From NCBI GenBank assembly GCA_034428795.1, contig DAOUHF010000146.1:7197-71196 (forward strand): DNA of 64,000 nt. Direction: 5' to 3'. Source of the DNA: Dehalococcoidia bacterium. GTDB lineage: Bacteria > Chloroflexota > Dehalococcoidia > Lucifugimonadales > UBA3495. The notes beneath the pieces are model-generated. The model searched no databases. It was not told where the DNA came from and worked only from the letters and a program-made list of their open reading frames with translations. Numbering within the stretch: position 1 is the stretch's first letter; each line of letters starts with the position of its first letter. Both the position numbers and the translations under genes were made by a program. Positions 1 to 10,208 of this stretch are shown piece after piece.

Positions 1-2
1 TC

Positions 3-140
3 GAAGAGCGCATAGACGGAATCCTTGCCAGGAAACAGGACCTCTTCGACCGGCTTGTTGACGACGTTTCGCTTGACCTGTCGGCCCGTTTGAACCGCAA
101 AGAACTGTTCGGCCTCTTTGGACTGCAGCGATATGCCTGA
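3..140 (+). CDS. 3' end of an SNF2-family helicase gene (partial, continues left of the window)
   Basis: Frame 3 is open from the window edge to TGA at 138-140. It reads EERIDGILARKQDLFDRLVDDVSLDLSARLNRKELFGLFGL, which resembles the conserved IEERID..K..L ... EL..LF C-terminal tail of bacterial SNF2/RapA-like helicases. Recognised by eye only. Confidence 0.45.
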   Translation, partial: EERIDGILARKQDLFDRLVDDVSLDLSARLNRKELFGLFGLQRYA

Positions 141-181
141 CCATTCACGACTGCCAGCCTCCCGGGGGGGTTGACCCAAAA

Positions 182-262
182 ATGACCAGCAGTACTCCCG
201 AACAGCGGGCTAGGGCCGACATCGACCGGTTGCTGGAACAGGCGGGACCGGTGGTGCAAGAT
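182..262 (+). pseudogene. N-terminal relic of a type I/III restriction-enzyme R-subunit-like gene
   Basis: The first 27 codons of ORF 182..496 read MTSSTPEQRARADIDRLLEQAGPVVQD, matching the usual HsdR/Res start (E..R..ID..L..aGW.V). After that the frame becomes nonsense-like and overlaps the 3' end of the GIY-YIG gene on the other strand. Confidence 0.4.
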
Positions 263-415
263 GTTGCTGTCCTAAACGTCTACTTCTGCTGCGTTCAGAT
301 TCACCCGAGACAGTTACGCCGGCAGGCAGGGGGTCTGCCAGCTGCCTTAACCGCCGGTTTGTCCCTCCCATTGTTTGAATCTTATGGTGGCATTGGATGG
401 AGTCGCGGGGCCATG

Positions 416-1054
416 TCAGTTGAATTCCAGCTCTTCAACCAAGTCTTGGAACCGTCTGATCCAGCGGCGCACCTCACGCTGGTTTTTGTCGCATAACATC
501 TTCAGTTTCTGTTCCAAGGCTGTTGCTTCCCCTCGGGTTGAGATGGTGCTGAACCATACAAGCTTCGGGTTTTTGCCGGTAGTCCCCTGGACAGTCCCGT
601 CTCGGTGTTCCATAAGTCTTTCCCGGATCTCGCGAGTCTGGCCGGCGTAGAATTCCCCGTCGTCCAGCTTGAGAATATAGACGTAGAATTCCGTTGCATT
701 TTTGTCCCCAGCTTCCCAGTCGGGAGAATATTCTGGGTTGTATCTCCGGTAGGGCTTTTTGGCACCGTTGGTTGGTCGGCAGTTAGGACATGTCGGGTAT
801 CCGGATCCTTTTCCTTGCTTGCACTTGGGACATTCGTTTATTTCTCCTTTCTGTGCTGCTTGGAAATGGTCAGGGCCCCAGACGTAATGGGATGGTATGG
901 TCTTGGTACAGTCGTAGTATTTGCATCTCTTGGCGCTCTGGGATGTAGCCATGCTGACCCCACGGAAGGTTGATTTCTCGCGGTGGTCGTGTTTCCACTT
1001 GAAGTACAGGAAGGCTCCTGCGATTCCCACGGCAAAGATAAGTAATATTTCCAT
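416..1054 (-). CDS. Membrane-anchored, Cys-rich GIY-YIG nuclease-domain protein
   Basis: GIY-YIG/URI motif FYVYILKLDDGEFYAGQTREIRERLMEHRDG ... KLVWFSTISTRGEATALEQKLK in the C-terminal half. N-terminal hydrophobic helix ILLIFAVGIAGAFLYF. CxxC-type pairs CPKC...CPNC. The ATG at 1054 is preceded by GGAG, whereas the track start at 1066 is a TTG. The locus is low in GC (28 G+C in the 60-nt line at 661, hand count). Confidence 0.7.
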   Translation of the reverse strand: MEILLIFAVGIAGAFLYFKWKHDHREKSTFRGVSMATSQSAKRCKYYDCTKTIPSHYVWGPDHFQAAQKGEINECPKCKQGKGSGYPTCPNCRPTNGAKKPYRRYNPEYSPDWEAGDKNATEFYVYILKLDDGEFYAGQTREIRERLMEHRDGTVQGTTGKNPKLVWFSTISTRGEATALEQKLKMLCDKNQREVRRWIRRFQDLVEELEFN

Positions 1055-1229
1055 GTTTTGCTCCAATGCCTACCCCGGCGAGAAGCAGTAATGATGAGTG
1101 CTTCACCATAAGCATAGCCAATTCGGGCGCCACCAAGGACATCGTTCTTGGTGGCGGAGCCTGACACCAAGCCAGAGTTTTCTAGGTTGACCTCCCCCCG
1201 ATTCTACCATAGACACGTTTCGTCCTTAG

Positions 1230-1634
1230 GTGGACATGTTGACCAACAGGGGACCTGTGATGCCCAAGTTGACCAATGTAAGAATCGATCTTAAGGTCCC
1301 CGGAGTCGGCGGAATCTCAGGGACGTGGGAACCGGACGAATCGGAGATAATGGCAGCCTGGGAACTGTACGTGGAGATGGTGACAATCAACCTGGGGAAC
1401 GACCGCCTTGTCTCGGTCAACGACCTTATCCGTACCATCGAGGGTGCCGTCGGACGTGTCGCCTTGGTTCAACATGAGGAGCGACACCGGGCCGATCCCT
1501 CGTTGATGTGGGCTGACATAGGACGCGCCCGCAGGCTTTTGGGATGGCACCCGGAAGCGCCCATCGAGGAAGGAATCCGTCGCACCGTGACCTCGCACCT
1601 GGACAACCGGGAGTGGGCCAAGGACCTCGTATGA
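1230..1634 (+). pseudogene. Chimeric ORF: unknown N-terminal fragment fused to the C-terminal ~70 aa of an NAD-dependent epimerase/dehydratase
   Basis: The C-terminal part VSVNDLIRTIEGAVGR...RADPSLMWADIGRARRLLGWHPEAPIEEGIRRTV matches the extreme C-terminus of SDR-type sugar epimerases (AD..kA...LGW.P...leeGl..t). The Rossmann N-terminus is absent. The first ~55 aa (GISGTWEPDESEIMAAWELYVEM) are unrelated. Confidence 0.45.
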
Positions 1635-1664
1635 GGGTCCGCAGGACAGAATTCGAAGGTTGCG

Positions 1665-4600
1665 CTACAACAGCTTGGAGTAACGCGGCTTGGCCAAAAT
1701 GCGGGCGATGACGGAGTCCCTCTCACGCCTGCTGTCTTCGTCCTTGGGTGCGGCGGGTTCATACAGGTAGAGCGGCTCGGCTATGTGCCGCGGGCTAGAG
1801 GCCATCTCTATGATGGGCGCCATGAACGCCCAGTCGGCGGCAAGGTCGATCCATTCTCCGCCCCACTTCAGGTCTTCGACGTTGATGGCGTCAAATAGCC
1901 GCTTCCTGAAGGTCCGAAGGTGCTGCCACACGTTGCTGTCCCACCAGCGGGGACGGTCGAAGTTCGGAAGATAGAAAATCTCCTTGTCGAGCCTGAGCAT
2001 GGACCCCACAGTCACGTCGGCGCCGTCTTCGTACTCCGCTCCGACCCGCTGCAGCACACGCTCCCCGATCAGGGCGTCGTCCGGGTCCAGGGTGATGATC
2101 ACCGACTCCGGGTCGGCGCAGTAGTTGGCGATGGCGTTCCAGGTGTTGTACAGCCCGCCGCGCCGCTGCTCGTTCCTTACAAGGGTGACTCGGTCTCCGT
2201 AGTCCGCCAGCAGCACGCGGGCATAACTGCCGAACCCGTTGGTTGAGGCATCATCGACCACCACCGCGCCCCGGTCCGGCATACTCTGGGCAACAAGGGA
2301 CTCGACGCAGCGCTTGAACCTGCCGGGCTCCACGTTGCGGCCACAAATCACGAAGACGAAGGGTTCACGCCGCTTGGGACCCGCCCAGTCCGATGGGGAT
2401 CCGGTGAGCTCCACGTTGCCCAGTTGCGCGGCGGGCCTATGGCCCCGTTCCACGGAGGCGGTGATGTCCAGCCATTCCCCGTGGTCCGCTTTCCGGTCAT
2501 TGGGCACGTGGATGAAGGCCGTCCTGGGGTCGCCGCCCCGATAGGAGTGGTAATCCGAAGCAGCGATGAAGCGGTCGAAGGCCCGGTGCCATGCCAGGGC
2601 GAACCTTCCTTGTTCAACCTCGTTGGGCACAGGCAGCACCGTCTCGAGCCTCTCGCGGTCGAACAGGCAGCCGCGCACCTCGACGCGCCAATCCTCCCCG
2701 TTGGGCCTCTCGTGAGAGTAGAGAATCGGCTCGGAAGAGCAGATACTCATGGGCACGAACAGTGCCTTCGGGTCGGTGCGTAGGACCTCCACCATCTCGC
2801 CGAGATAATCGTGGTAGTGGTCATGACGGGCTATCAGCAGGTCGCTGTCCACCTGCAGGACATAATCACCGGAGCAGGAATCGAATCCGAAGAGGGTGGC
2901 GAACAGTTGCTGCCCGTTGGCCGAGTGGGTTTCCCCCGTCTCCGCTCCGAACCATTTCCTGTAGGTGGCCCGAATTATTGCCGGATCCTGAGGTGCATAG
3001 ACCACCCGGTCCACCACGCCGCCTGCGAGCAGGCGCTCCATTGCCGCTCGATGGGCATCCGGGTCGGGGTAGTCGTACTGGCGGGCGAAGGGTCCATCGA
3101 ACGAGTCGACCACCACAACCTTTTCCATGAACGACACCGGAGTTTCCAGTTGGTCAACCTGGTGCCGCACCAGTCGCTCGATTGTGCGCCATTCCATGAC
3201 GCACGTCTTGACCAGGAAGGAGACCCGCGGCCCGTTTGCTGGTGCGGGTGTGAGCCGAAAGACCAAGTGGTCGGATGAGGGTAGAAGCGCCTTGGTGTCC
3301 GTGCCGTCGAGTTCGGATGCGCCATCGACAAAGAAACCGGCGTTGATGAAGGCACGCCGGTAGGTGGAGTAACTCCGGTGCACCTCGCTCCGCGTGTTGC
3401 CATTGGCGACCACGGTCTTGTCGTATACGAAGGTGTCCTCGTACCCCCATCCGTCATGCAGATATTTTCCCGACAACTCTGTCGACGCAGCGGACAGGTG
3501 GAACGGATTGCAGACCGCCACGAAGACAGTTCCCGATTCGGCAACCAGCCCGCGCAGGTCTTTCAGCCCCTCCTCGAACTCCGAATTGTCGGCGATCGTG
3601 CACAGCACTCTGCCGCAGACCACGGTGTCGAACCTGGCGTTCTCTGCCAAGAGCTTTTCGAGCAAGTCCCTTCCACCGTAGCCGGCACGGCTTCCGTGCT
3701 CCAGGCACCGGGAGACGCAGGCGTTATCAGGGTCGTACCCGACTACAACAATTCCCCGGCCGGCTAGTTCCTCGGTCAGGCGCCCGTTGCCGCATCCATA
3801 GTCCAGCACGGAACCGGGTCTCTCGGCGGCGATCAGGTCCGCCAATGGCCGGTAGTAGAGCTCGTCGAGTCCTCTGAGATCCAAGGCCCTGCGGAATTGG
3901 TCTAGTCCTGCCAGTTCCGGCAGAGAGGCGTCGGTCAGCGACCTGGTCATGAGTAGCTTGAGGTCCGAGCGAAACGGAAACCGGTACGTGAGGTACGTCC
4001 GTCGGCACATGCGCTCGAACTCGGCGTCATTCAACGGGACGATATCCGAGCCGTAGTCGATGAGCTTCACCCCGGAGGATGTGACCAGCAGATTGTCCGG
4101 ATGGATGTTGCGGCAGGCTACTCCGGCCTGCCTGGCCTCCCGGAGCAGGGTCAGCAAATCATCCAGGTGTCCGCCCTCGTATTTCACCCCTTCATCGTAG
4201 GGATAGACCACAACCACGTGCTCGCCCCGCTCACGGACTTCCAACAAATCCGGCAGAGCCTTGTAGCCGGAGACTCTGCCCACCAGGGATTCCAGGAACG
4301 CGACTCGTTCCGTCCGGTCCCGCGCCTTCCAGTAGTGGAAATGCTTGTAAACCAGTAATCCGTCGGTGAATACGACTCCCTCTTCCCCAACACCGAGACC
4401 GGTCAGGGGACCGGTTGCGAATTCGGCTCGAACATAGTCTTCCGCCGCCTGCTGCAGTTCCTTCAAAGGCAGGGGTGTACTGGCTCGGTGCCGGTCAACA
4501 ATCGCACGCAGTTGACGCAGAAAATTCTCGATGACCGTGGCATCAACATCACTTACACGCAGCTTGAATTCGTCCAACCGGTCATCAGTGTAGATGTACT

Positions 4601-6917
4601 CCAACTCACCCACGAAACTACGGAGGCCTTCCAGTGAATGCGCATATTCCCCGTTCTCCAGCCACCAGGGCCCTCGGTCTCCATCCGACAGGACACGACA
4701 CAACGGCTGCAACGCAGAGATCAATCCCCTGACCCTGATGCAGCTCATTTCGAAAGCGGAAACCCGTTCGGCCAGGTACTTTCGGTGGAGACCGGCGGCC
4801 ATCTTGATTTCCCCGTCAGTGAATTCCAATAGACGACTTCCGCGGGGGAGTACAGCTCCGCCTTGACCCTGTTCAGCCTTATGTTCCAGCAGATCCCTCA
4901 GGGTTGAGTAGAAGGCGTACCCCAGCAGGTCCTGCTCCATGGTGGAGAAATGGCCTTGCACCGATCCGTCGTTGGGCGCAGCGCTCCTGACCTGCCGGAC
5001 GGGGAGCGGGGCCTGAAGAACGTCGCGCCCTCCGGCGTAACGGTTGAGCAGGCTCCATACCATGTCGCTGCGTCGGATGTCCGCGCCGTCTACGGCCGGA
5101 ACGGCGTTGGGAAACTCCCGCAGGGCCTGGAGGTCGAACACCAGGGTGGCAGGCCCCCTGTTGATCGATGACGAAAGACCACCGCCGCCGACGCTACGTT
5201 CGCCGCGCGCCAGTGGTCGGAATACTTGGATTCCGCTCACAATCCCGGGGAGGCGCGCCACCAACTCCCTGAAAACCGCCCCTGCCGTCTGGTTCTGTCC
5301 CGTAGCCTCGTACCAGAAGGGCAGTTCCAGTTGGCTCGTCCCGCTGCTGGATAGGTCATAGTAATAGTCCGGGTTCTCCAGCCGGGCCAGCCGGTTCTCA
5401 TTCCGGAGGTCGGGAAACGGCCAATCGGGAGACATGGAAGCAAGGCGGTGCAAGTTGTGATACAGGTCGACCAGTTGGGTCCTGATACAGCTCAGGGCTG
5501 GCAGGGGCGGATCTCCCGTCACCTCGCACAGGGCTATGCTGGCCCCGCTGTCCTTCAGCCTCTTGATTTCGGACACGTAATCGAAATTCTGGGAGTGCAG
5601 TGAATCGCTGGGGCCATATGCCAGGCTTTCCAGCACCACGTCGTCGTCGAGAATCCACACCACCGCCCCCGGCAGGGGCTTGGCCTCCATGAACAGGTAG
5701 TGCTGGAGCATGGTGCGGCTCAGTGCAATGCTCTTTCGCCTGGACAGTTGCTCCCTGGTGACGGCAAAGACCCCAGCCTCGGCATCGTCGGCCTGCTGTT
5801 CCAGGGTTTTCACAATAACGTCAAGACCCTGGTCTGTAGCCCTGTCCACCGTGTCCCGAAGGTCTTGCCTGGAAGCCTGGTCTTGGCCGCCGTTTTCCAG
5901 CAGGACGACCCTCAGCGTAACTCCCTCGCCTCCACCGATCTTCTCAGCAAGAGAGTTCAGGAGGCGGTCCACGAGGCCGGTGTCGGGAGACGTTATGGAT
6001 CCCGCCACCAAGGTCAAAGGGTTCTCAGAGACGTGGGTTTCTGATGCGAGCATGCCTGCGACGGGCGCCACGATCTCCCCAGTTGGATCGCAGTCGAACA
6101 GTCTCCGGCTCCTCTCGATGAACGCCGCCTGCTGTTCATCGGACATCCGGCCCCGATATTTGCGAAAGAAATACTTCAGCCCGGCGCGCTTCGCGTCACC
6201 ACCGGGAGTGGACAACCTGGGACGGTCGTTGTCGGCAAAATGATGGACAAGATGCTCGTTCATTAAGCCGTACTTGACTGTGCCCAAGTCGGCCAGCCGG
6301 ATGCAGATGTCCCTGTCGGTGGTGCTGTTCATTGCCTCATCGAAGCCGCCCGCCTCCAGCAGTCTGCGGAGCCTGGCGAATAGGTTGGAGCCTTGGATGT
6401 GAGGGTTGCGAACCAGCGGGGCCCCGGCGTCCAGGCTGGCTGGTGGGTCCAGCAACTCGGCTTCGGCGCCTTTGGAGTGGTGGAAGGCCAGGCCGGAGGC
6501 CACTATGTCCAGGCCCCTTTCCAAAACCGCCTCTTCGCAATGTTCCAAGTATGTCCCGGCCCACGAATCATCGTCGTCCAGGATGGCGACGTACGCCAGC
6601 GGGTCAATCCCGTGCAGGCGGAAAAGAGCAGTGTTCCAAGCTCCGGAGGCACCCGGCGTACGCCGGTTCTCCAAGTAAAGCGTCCGGGTGCCGGGGATCG
6701 TAAGGCCCGCCACGACTTCAGCGTTGGCGTGCCTGGTGTCGGCGTCCGAGTCGTCGACTACGACCAGATGGTCCGGGAGTCGAGTTTGCCTTGCGATGGA
6801 CGCAAGGGCCCTTTCAGCAAGGAGTCCCGGCCTGTTGTGGGTGGCAACTACGGCGGCAATGGAGGGCACAATAAACGTCCGAGATTTCAGGGTAGTCGAC
6901 CTGAAGGATGATCTCAC
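1665..6917 (-). CDS. Giant (1750 aa) multidomain protein: GT2 + GT-A-like + Hanks-kinase-like + class I SAM methyltransferase + GT-A-like + GT2
   Basis: Uninterrupted 5253-nt ORF.
- N-terminal GT2: AAVVATHNRPGLL...LVVVDDSDAD...ILDDDDSW (DDDD near 6570-6590).
- Second DxD module: WILDDDVV (about 5640-5663).
- Kinase-like module: G-loop GVGEEGVV (4371-4400), VYK (4341-4352), CRNIHPDNLLV (4092-4118), IDYG (4043-4066).
- Methyltransferase motif I: VLDYGCGNG (3783-3812).
- Third DxD module: VLQVDSDLLI (2831-2861).
- C-terminal GT2: VVVDDASTNG (2237-2266) and ITLDPDDA (about 2075-2100). Confidence 0.85.
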   Translation of the reverse strand: MRSSFRSTTLKSRTFIVPSIAAVVATHNRPGLLAERALASIARQTRLPDHLVVVDDSDADTRHANAEVVAGLTIPGTRTLYLENRRTPGASGAWNTALFRLHGIDPLAYVAILDDDDSWAGTYLEHCEEAVLERGLDIVASGLAFHHSKGAEAELLDPPASLDAGAPLVRNPHIQGSNLFARLRRLLEAGGFDEAMNSTTDRDICIRLADLGTVKYGLMNEHLVHHFADNDRPRLSTPGGDAKRAGLKYFFRKYRGRMSDEQQAAFIERSRRLFDCDPTGEIVAPVAGMLASETHVSENPLTLVAGSITSPDTGLVDRLLNSLAEKIGGGEGVTLRVVLLENGGQDQASRQDLRDTVDRATDQGLDVIVKTLEQQADDAEAGVFAVTREQLSRRKSIALSRTMLQHYLFMEAKPLPGAVVWILDDDVVLESLAYGPSDSLHSQNFDYVSEIKRLKDSGASIALCEVTGDPPLPALSCIRTQLVDLYHNLHRLASMSPDWPFPDLRNENRLARLENPDYYYDLSSSGTSQLELPFWYEATGQNQTAGAVFRELVARLPGIVSGIQVFRPLARGERSVGGGGLSSSINRGPATLVFDLQALREFPNAVPAVDGADIRRSDMVWSLLNRYAGGRDVLQAPLPVRQVRSAAPNDGSVQGHFSTMEQDLLGYAFYSTLRDLLEHKAEQGQGGAVLPRGSRLLEFTDGEIKMAAGLHRKYLAERVSAFEMSCIRVRGLISALQPLCRVLSDGDRGPWWLENGEYAHSLEGLRSFVGELEYIYTDDRLDEFKLRVSDVDATVIENFLRQLRAIVDRHRASTPLPLKELQQAAEDYVRAEFATGPLTGLGVGEEGVVFTDGLLVYKHFHYWKARDRTERVAFLESLVGRVSGYKALPDLLEVRERGEHVVVVYPYDEGVKYEGGHLDDLLTLLREARQAGVACRNIHPDNLLVTSSGVKLIDYGSDIVPLNDAEFERMCRRTYLTYRFPFRSDLKLLMTRSLTDASLPELAGLDQFRRALDLRGLDELYYRPLADLIAAERPGSVLDYGCGNGRLTEELAGRGIVVVGYDPDNACVSRCLEHGSRAGYGGRDLLEKLLAENARFDTVVCGRVLCTIADNSEFEEGLKDLRGLVAESGTVFVAVCNPFHLSAASTELSGKYLHDGWGYEDTFVYDKTVVANGNTRSEVHRSYSTYRRAFINAGFFVDGASELDGTDTKALLPSSDHLVFRLTPAPANGPRVSFLVKTCVMEWRTIERLVRHQVDQLETPVSFMEKVVVVDSFDGPFARQYDYPDPDAHRAAMERLLAGGVVDRVVYAPQDPAIIRATYRKWFGAETGETHSANGQQLFATLFGFDSCSGDYVLQVDSDLLIARHDHYHDYLGEMVEVLRTDPKALFVPMSICSSEPILYSHERPNGEDWRVEVRGCLFDRERLETVLPVPNEVEQGRFALAWHRAFDRFIAASDYHSYRGGDPRTAFIHVPNDRKADHGEWLDITASVERGHRPAAQLGNVELTGSPSDWAGPKRREPFVFVICGRNVEPGRFKRCVESLVAQSMPDRGAVVVDDASTNGFGSYARVLLADYGDRVTLVRNEQRRGGLYNTWNAIANYCADPESVIITLDPDDALIGERVLQRVGAEYEDGADVTVGSMLRLDKEIFYLPNFDRPRWWDSNVWQHLRTFRKRLFDAINVEDLKWGGEWIDLAADWAFMAPIIEMASSPRHIAEPLYLYEPAAPKDEDSRRERDSVIARILAKPRYSKLL

Positions 6918-7300
6918 CAGGGTAGGATGGTTTCAGGGTAACTGCTCCGCAGTAGAACAGCGAACCGGCAACGAAATTGCACTCTCGCCGGATACAGTCT
7001 TCAGAATCTGGAATTTCACAGGGGAAATTCCTGGATCCACCTACGAGGAACGATTGCACAGGGCAGGAAAGCGGGCGAGGTGGCGGCCGGATTCCTGCGG
7101 AGAATATGACAGCGCCATGATATGCTACCAAAAGTCCATTGCCCCATATATCCACAGCACGTTGAGGCAGTGAAGGTAATCAGCGGTAATCAGCGCGGCC
7201 GTCGGCGATGGGACACTCCATCTAGATTAGCCAACATTTGGGTCCACTCATCCGGCCGCACCTGGGCAACCACTTGGCAACTGTCCGAGCAGGAGAGGCA

Positions 7301-7549
7301 ATGTCCATTGAAGAGGAGCTGCTGAAGCGCATCTCCGTTCGTTCGGAGATATTCGGAGGAAAACCCATCATCCGTGATATGCGCATTGCGGTGGAACACG
7401 TTCTGGGAATGCTGGCCTCGGGAGACACCTCCGAAACGATTCTCAGCGAATATGAGTTCCTTGAGGTTGAGGACATCCAGGCATGTCTGCTGTACGCTCA
7501 TCGTTCGCTGGCAGGGGAGCAGGTCCATGAGCGTATGACAGTACGGTAA
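7301..7549 (+). CDS. DUF433 domain protein (antitoxin-like partner of DUF5615)
   Basis: RISVRSEIFGGKPIIRDMRIAVEHVLGMLASGDTSETILSEYEFLEVEDIQACLLYA is the DUF433 signature (GG.P.i.gtRi.v..vl..l..G.s.eeI...yp.l..edi.aal.ya). The ATG at 7301 follows AGGAGAGG. Confidence 0.75.
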   Translation: MSIEEELLKRISVRSEIFGGKPIIRDMRIAVEHVLGMLASGDTSETILSEYEFLEVEDIQACLLYAHRSLAGEQVHERMTVR

Positions 7550-7593
7550 CCGGGAAGAAGTTCCTGCTGGATGTATGCGCGTCATCACGTCGA

Positions 7594-7914
7594 ATGCGCG
7601 CCACGCTCGCCCGCTTGGGACATGACGTATTGTCCGCGGCTGAGTTGGATCCAAAGGCCAGCGATGAAGCCCTGCTCTCAATGGCGCTGTCGGAACAGTG
7701 GGTACTCATTACTGAAGACAAGGACTTCGGCGAGTTGGTGTTTGTACACCGACTGCCGCATCCGTGCATCATCAGGTTTGTCGAAATGAGAGTCGTGGAA
7801 CAGGTTGACGCTATGGAGGAGCTCATTAAGGGTTACGAGGACTCAATGACGGACGGCACCCTCATCGTGGTCACCCGAAGACGGATAAGAATACGCCACG
7901 GGCACCCCGAATAG
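7594..7914 (+). CDS. DUF5615 (Mut7-C/PIN-like) protein, toxin-like partner of DUF433. The N-terminus is apparently truncated.
   Basis: LARLGHDVLSAAELDPKASDEALLSMALSEQWVLITEDKDFGELVF..LPHP matches the DUF5615 family. In-frame homology (KKFLLDVCASS) continues upstream of the first ATG to 7555, but that stretch has no ATG/GTG/TTG. Confidence 0.7.
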   Translation: MRATLARLGHDVLSAAELDPKASDEALLSMALSEQWVLITEDKDFGELVFVHRLPHPCIIRFVEMRVVEQVDAMEELIKGYEDSMTDGTLIVVTRRRIRIRHGHPE

Positions 7915-8057
7915 CGAGATTTCCCACCAGAGGCGGATCTCATCCTGACCGGTATCTCGTATCTGGATGAGCTTAAATGAAACCGCTGGCCAAAGGTGTT
8001 CCGCGACCTCATTACGGACTCAAAAGTCAACTCAGAAATGCCTCTATATCAGGGCAT

Positions 8058-8081
8058 AATTGAAGCTAAATAGCTTCAATT
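8058..8081. promoter_or_regulatory. 24-bp palindrome (11-bp perfect arms, 2-nt centre) immediately upstream of the gyrB -10 box
   Basis: AATTGAAGCTA-AA-TAGCTTCAATT read directly. It sits in a locally AT-rich stretch of an otherwise GC-rich genome. Confidence 0.45.
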
Positions 8082-8082
8082 C

Positions 8083-8091
8083 TGATATAAT
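8083..8091 (+). promoter_or_regulatory. Extended -10 promoter element (TGaTATAAT) for gyrB
   Basis: TGATATAAT at 8083-8091, about 90 nt upstream of the gyrB ATG. No good -35 is present, because the palindrome occupies that position. Confidence 0.4.
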
Positions 8092-8177
8092 CTTTATATC
8101 CAGTACAAAGAATCACACAGTCCCCTTTGTGCCCTTCTTCGGGCCCTTGGCACAGCCGTAACCCATTGGTGATTTGA

Positions 8178-10115
<1,938 letters not shown>

Positions 10116-10208
10116 GTCCCCCTAACCTATAATGCCCCGTATTGCCTTCGACCAGCGGTTGTAACACCAAGCCGCAGTCAGACCAAAAGCAGACCAGAGG
10201 TAGCCCGC

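Noticed and set aside
1-180. Minus-strand open frame at the left edge (…SLQSKEAEQFFAVQTGRQVKRNVVNKPVEEVLFPGKDSVYALF).
   Set aside because: It is antisense to the plus-strand frame, which carries a recognisable SNF2-helicase C-terminal tail ending in a stop at 138-140. The minus frame has no motif or clear start.
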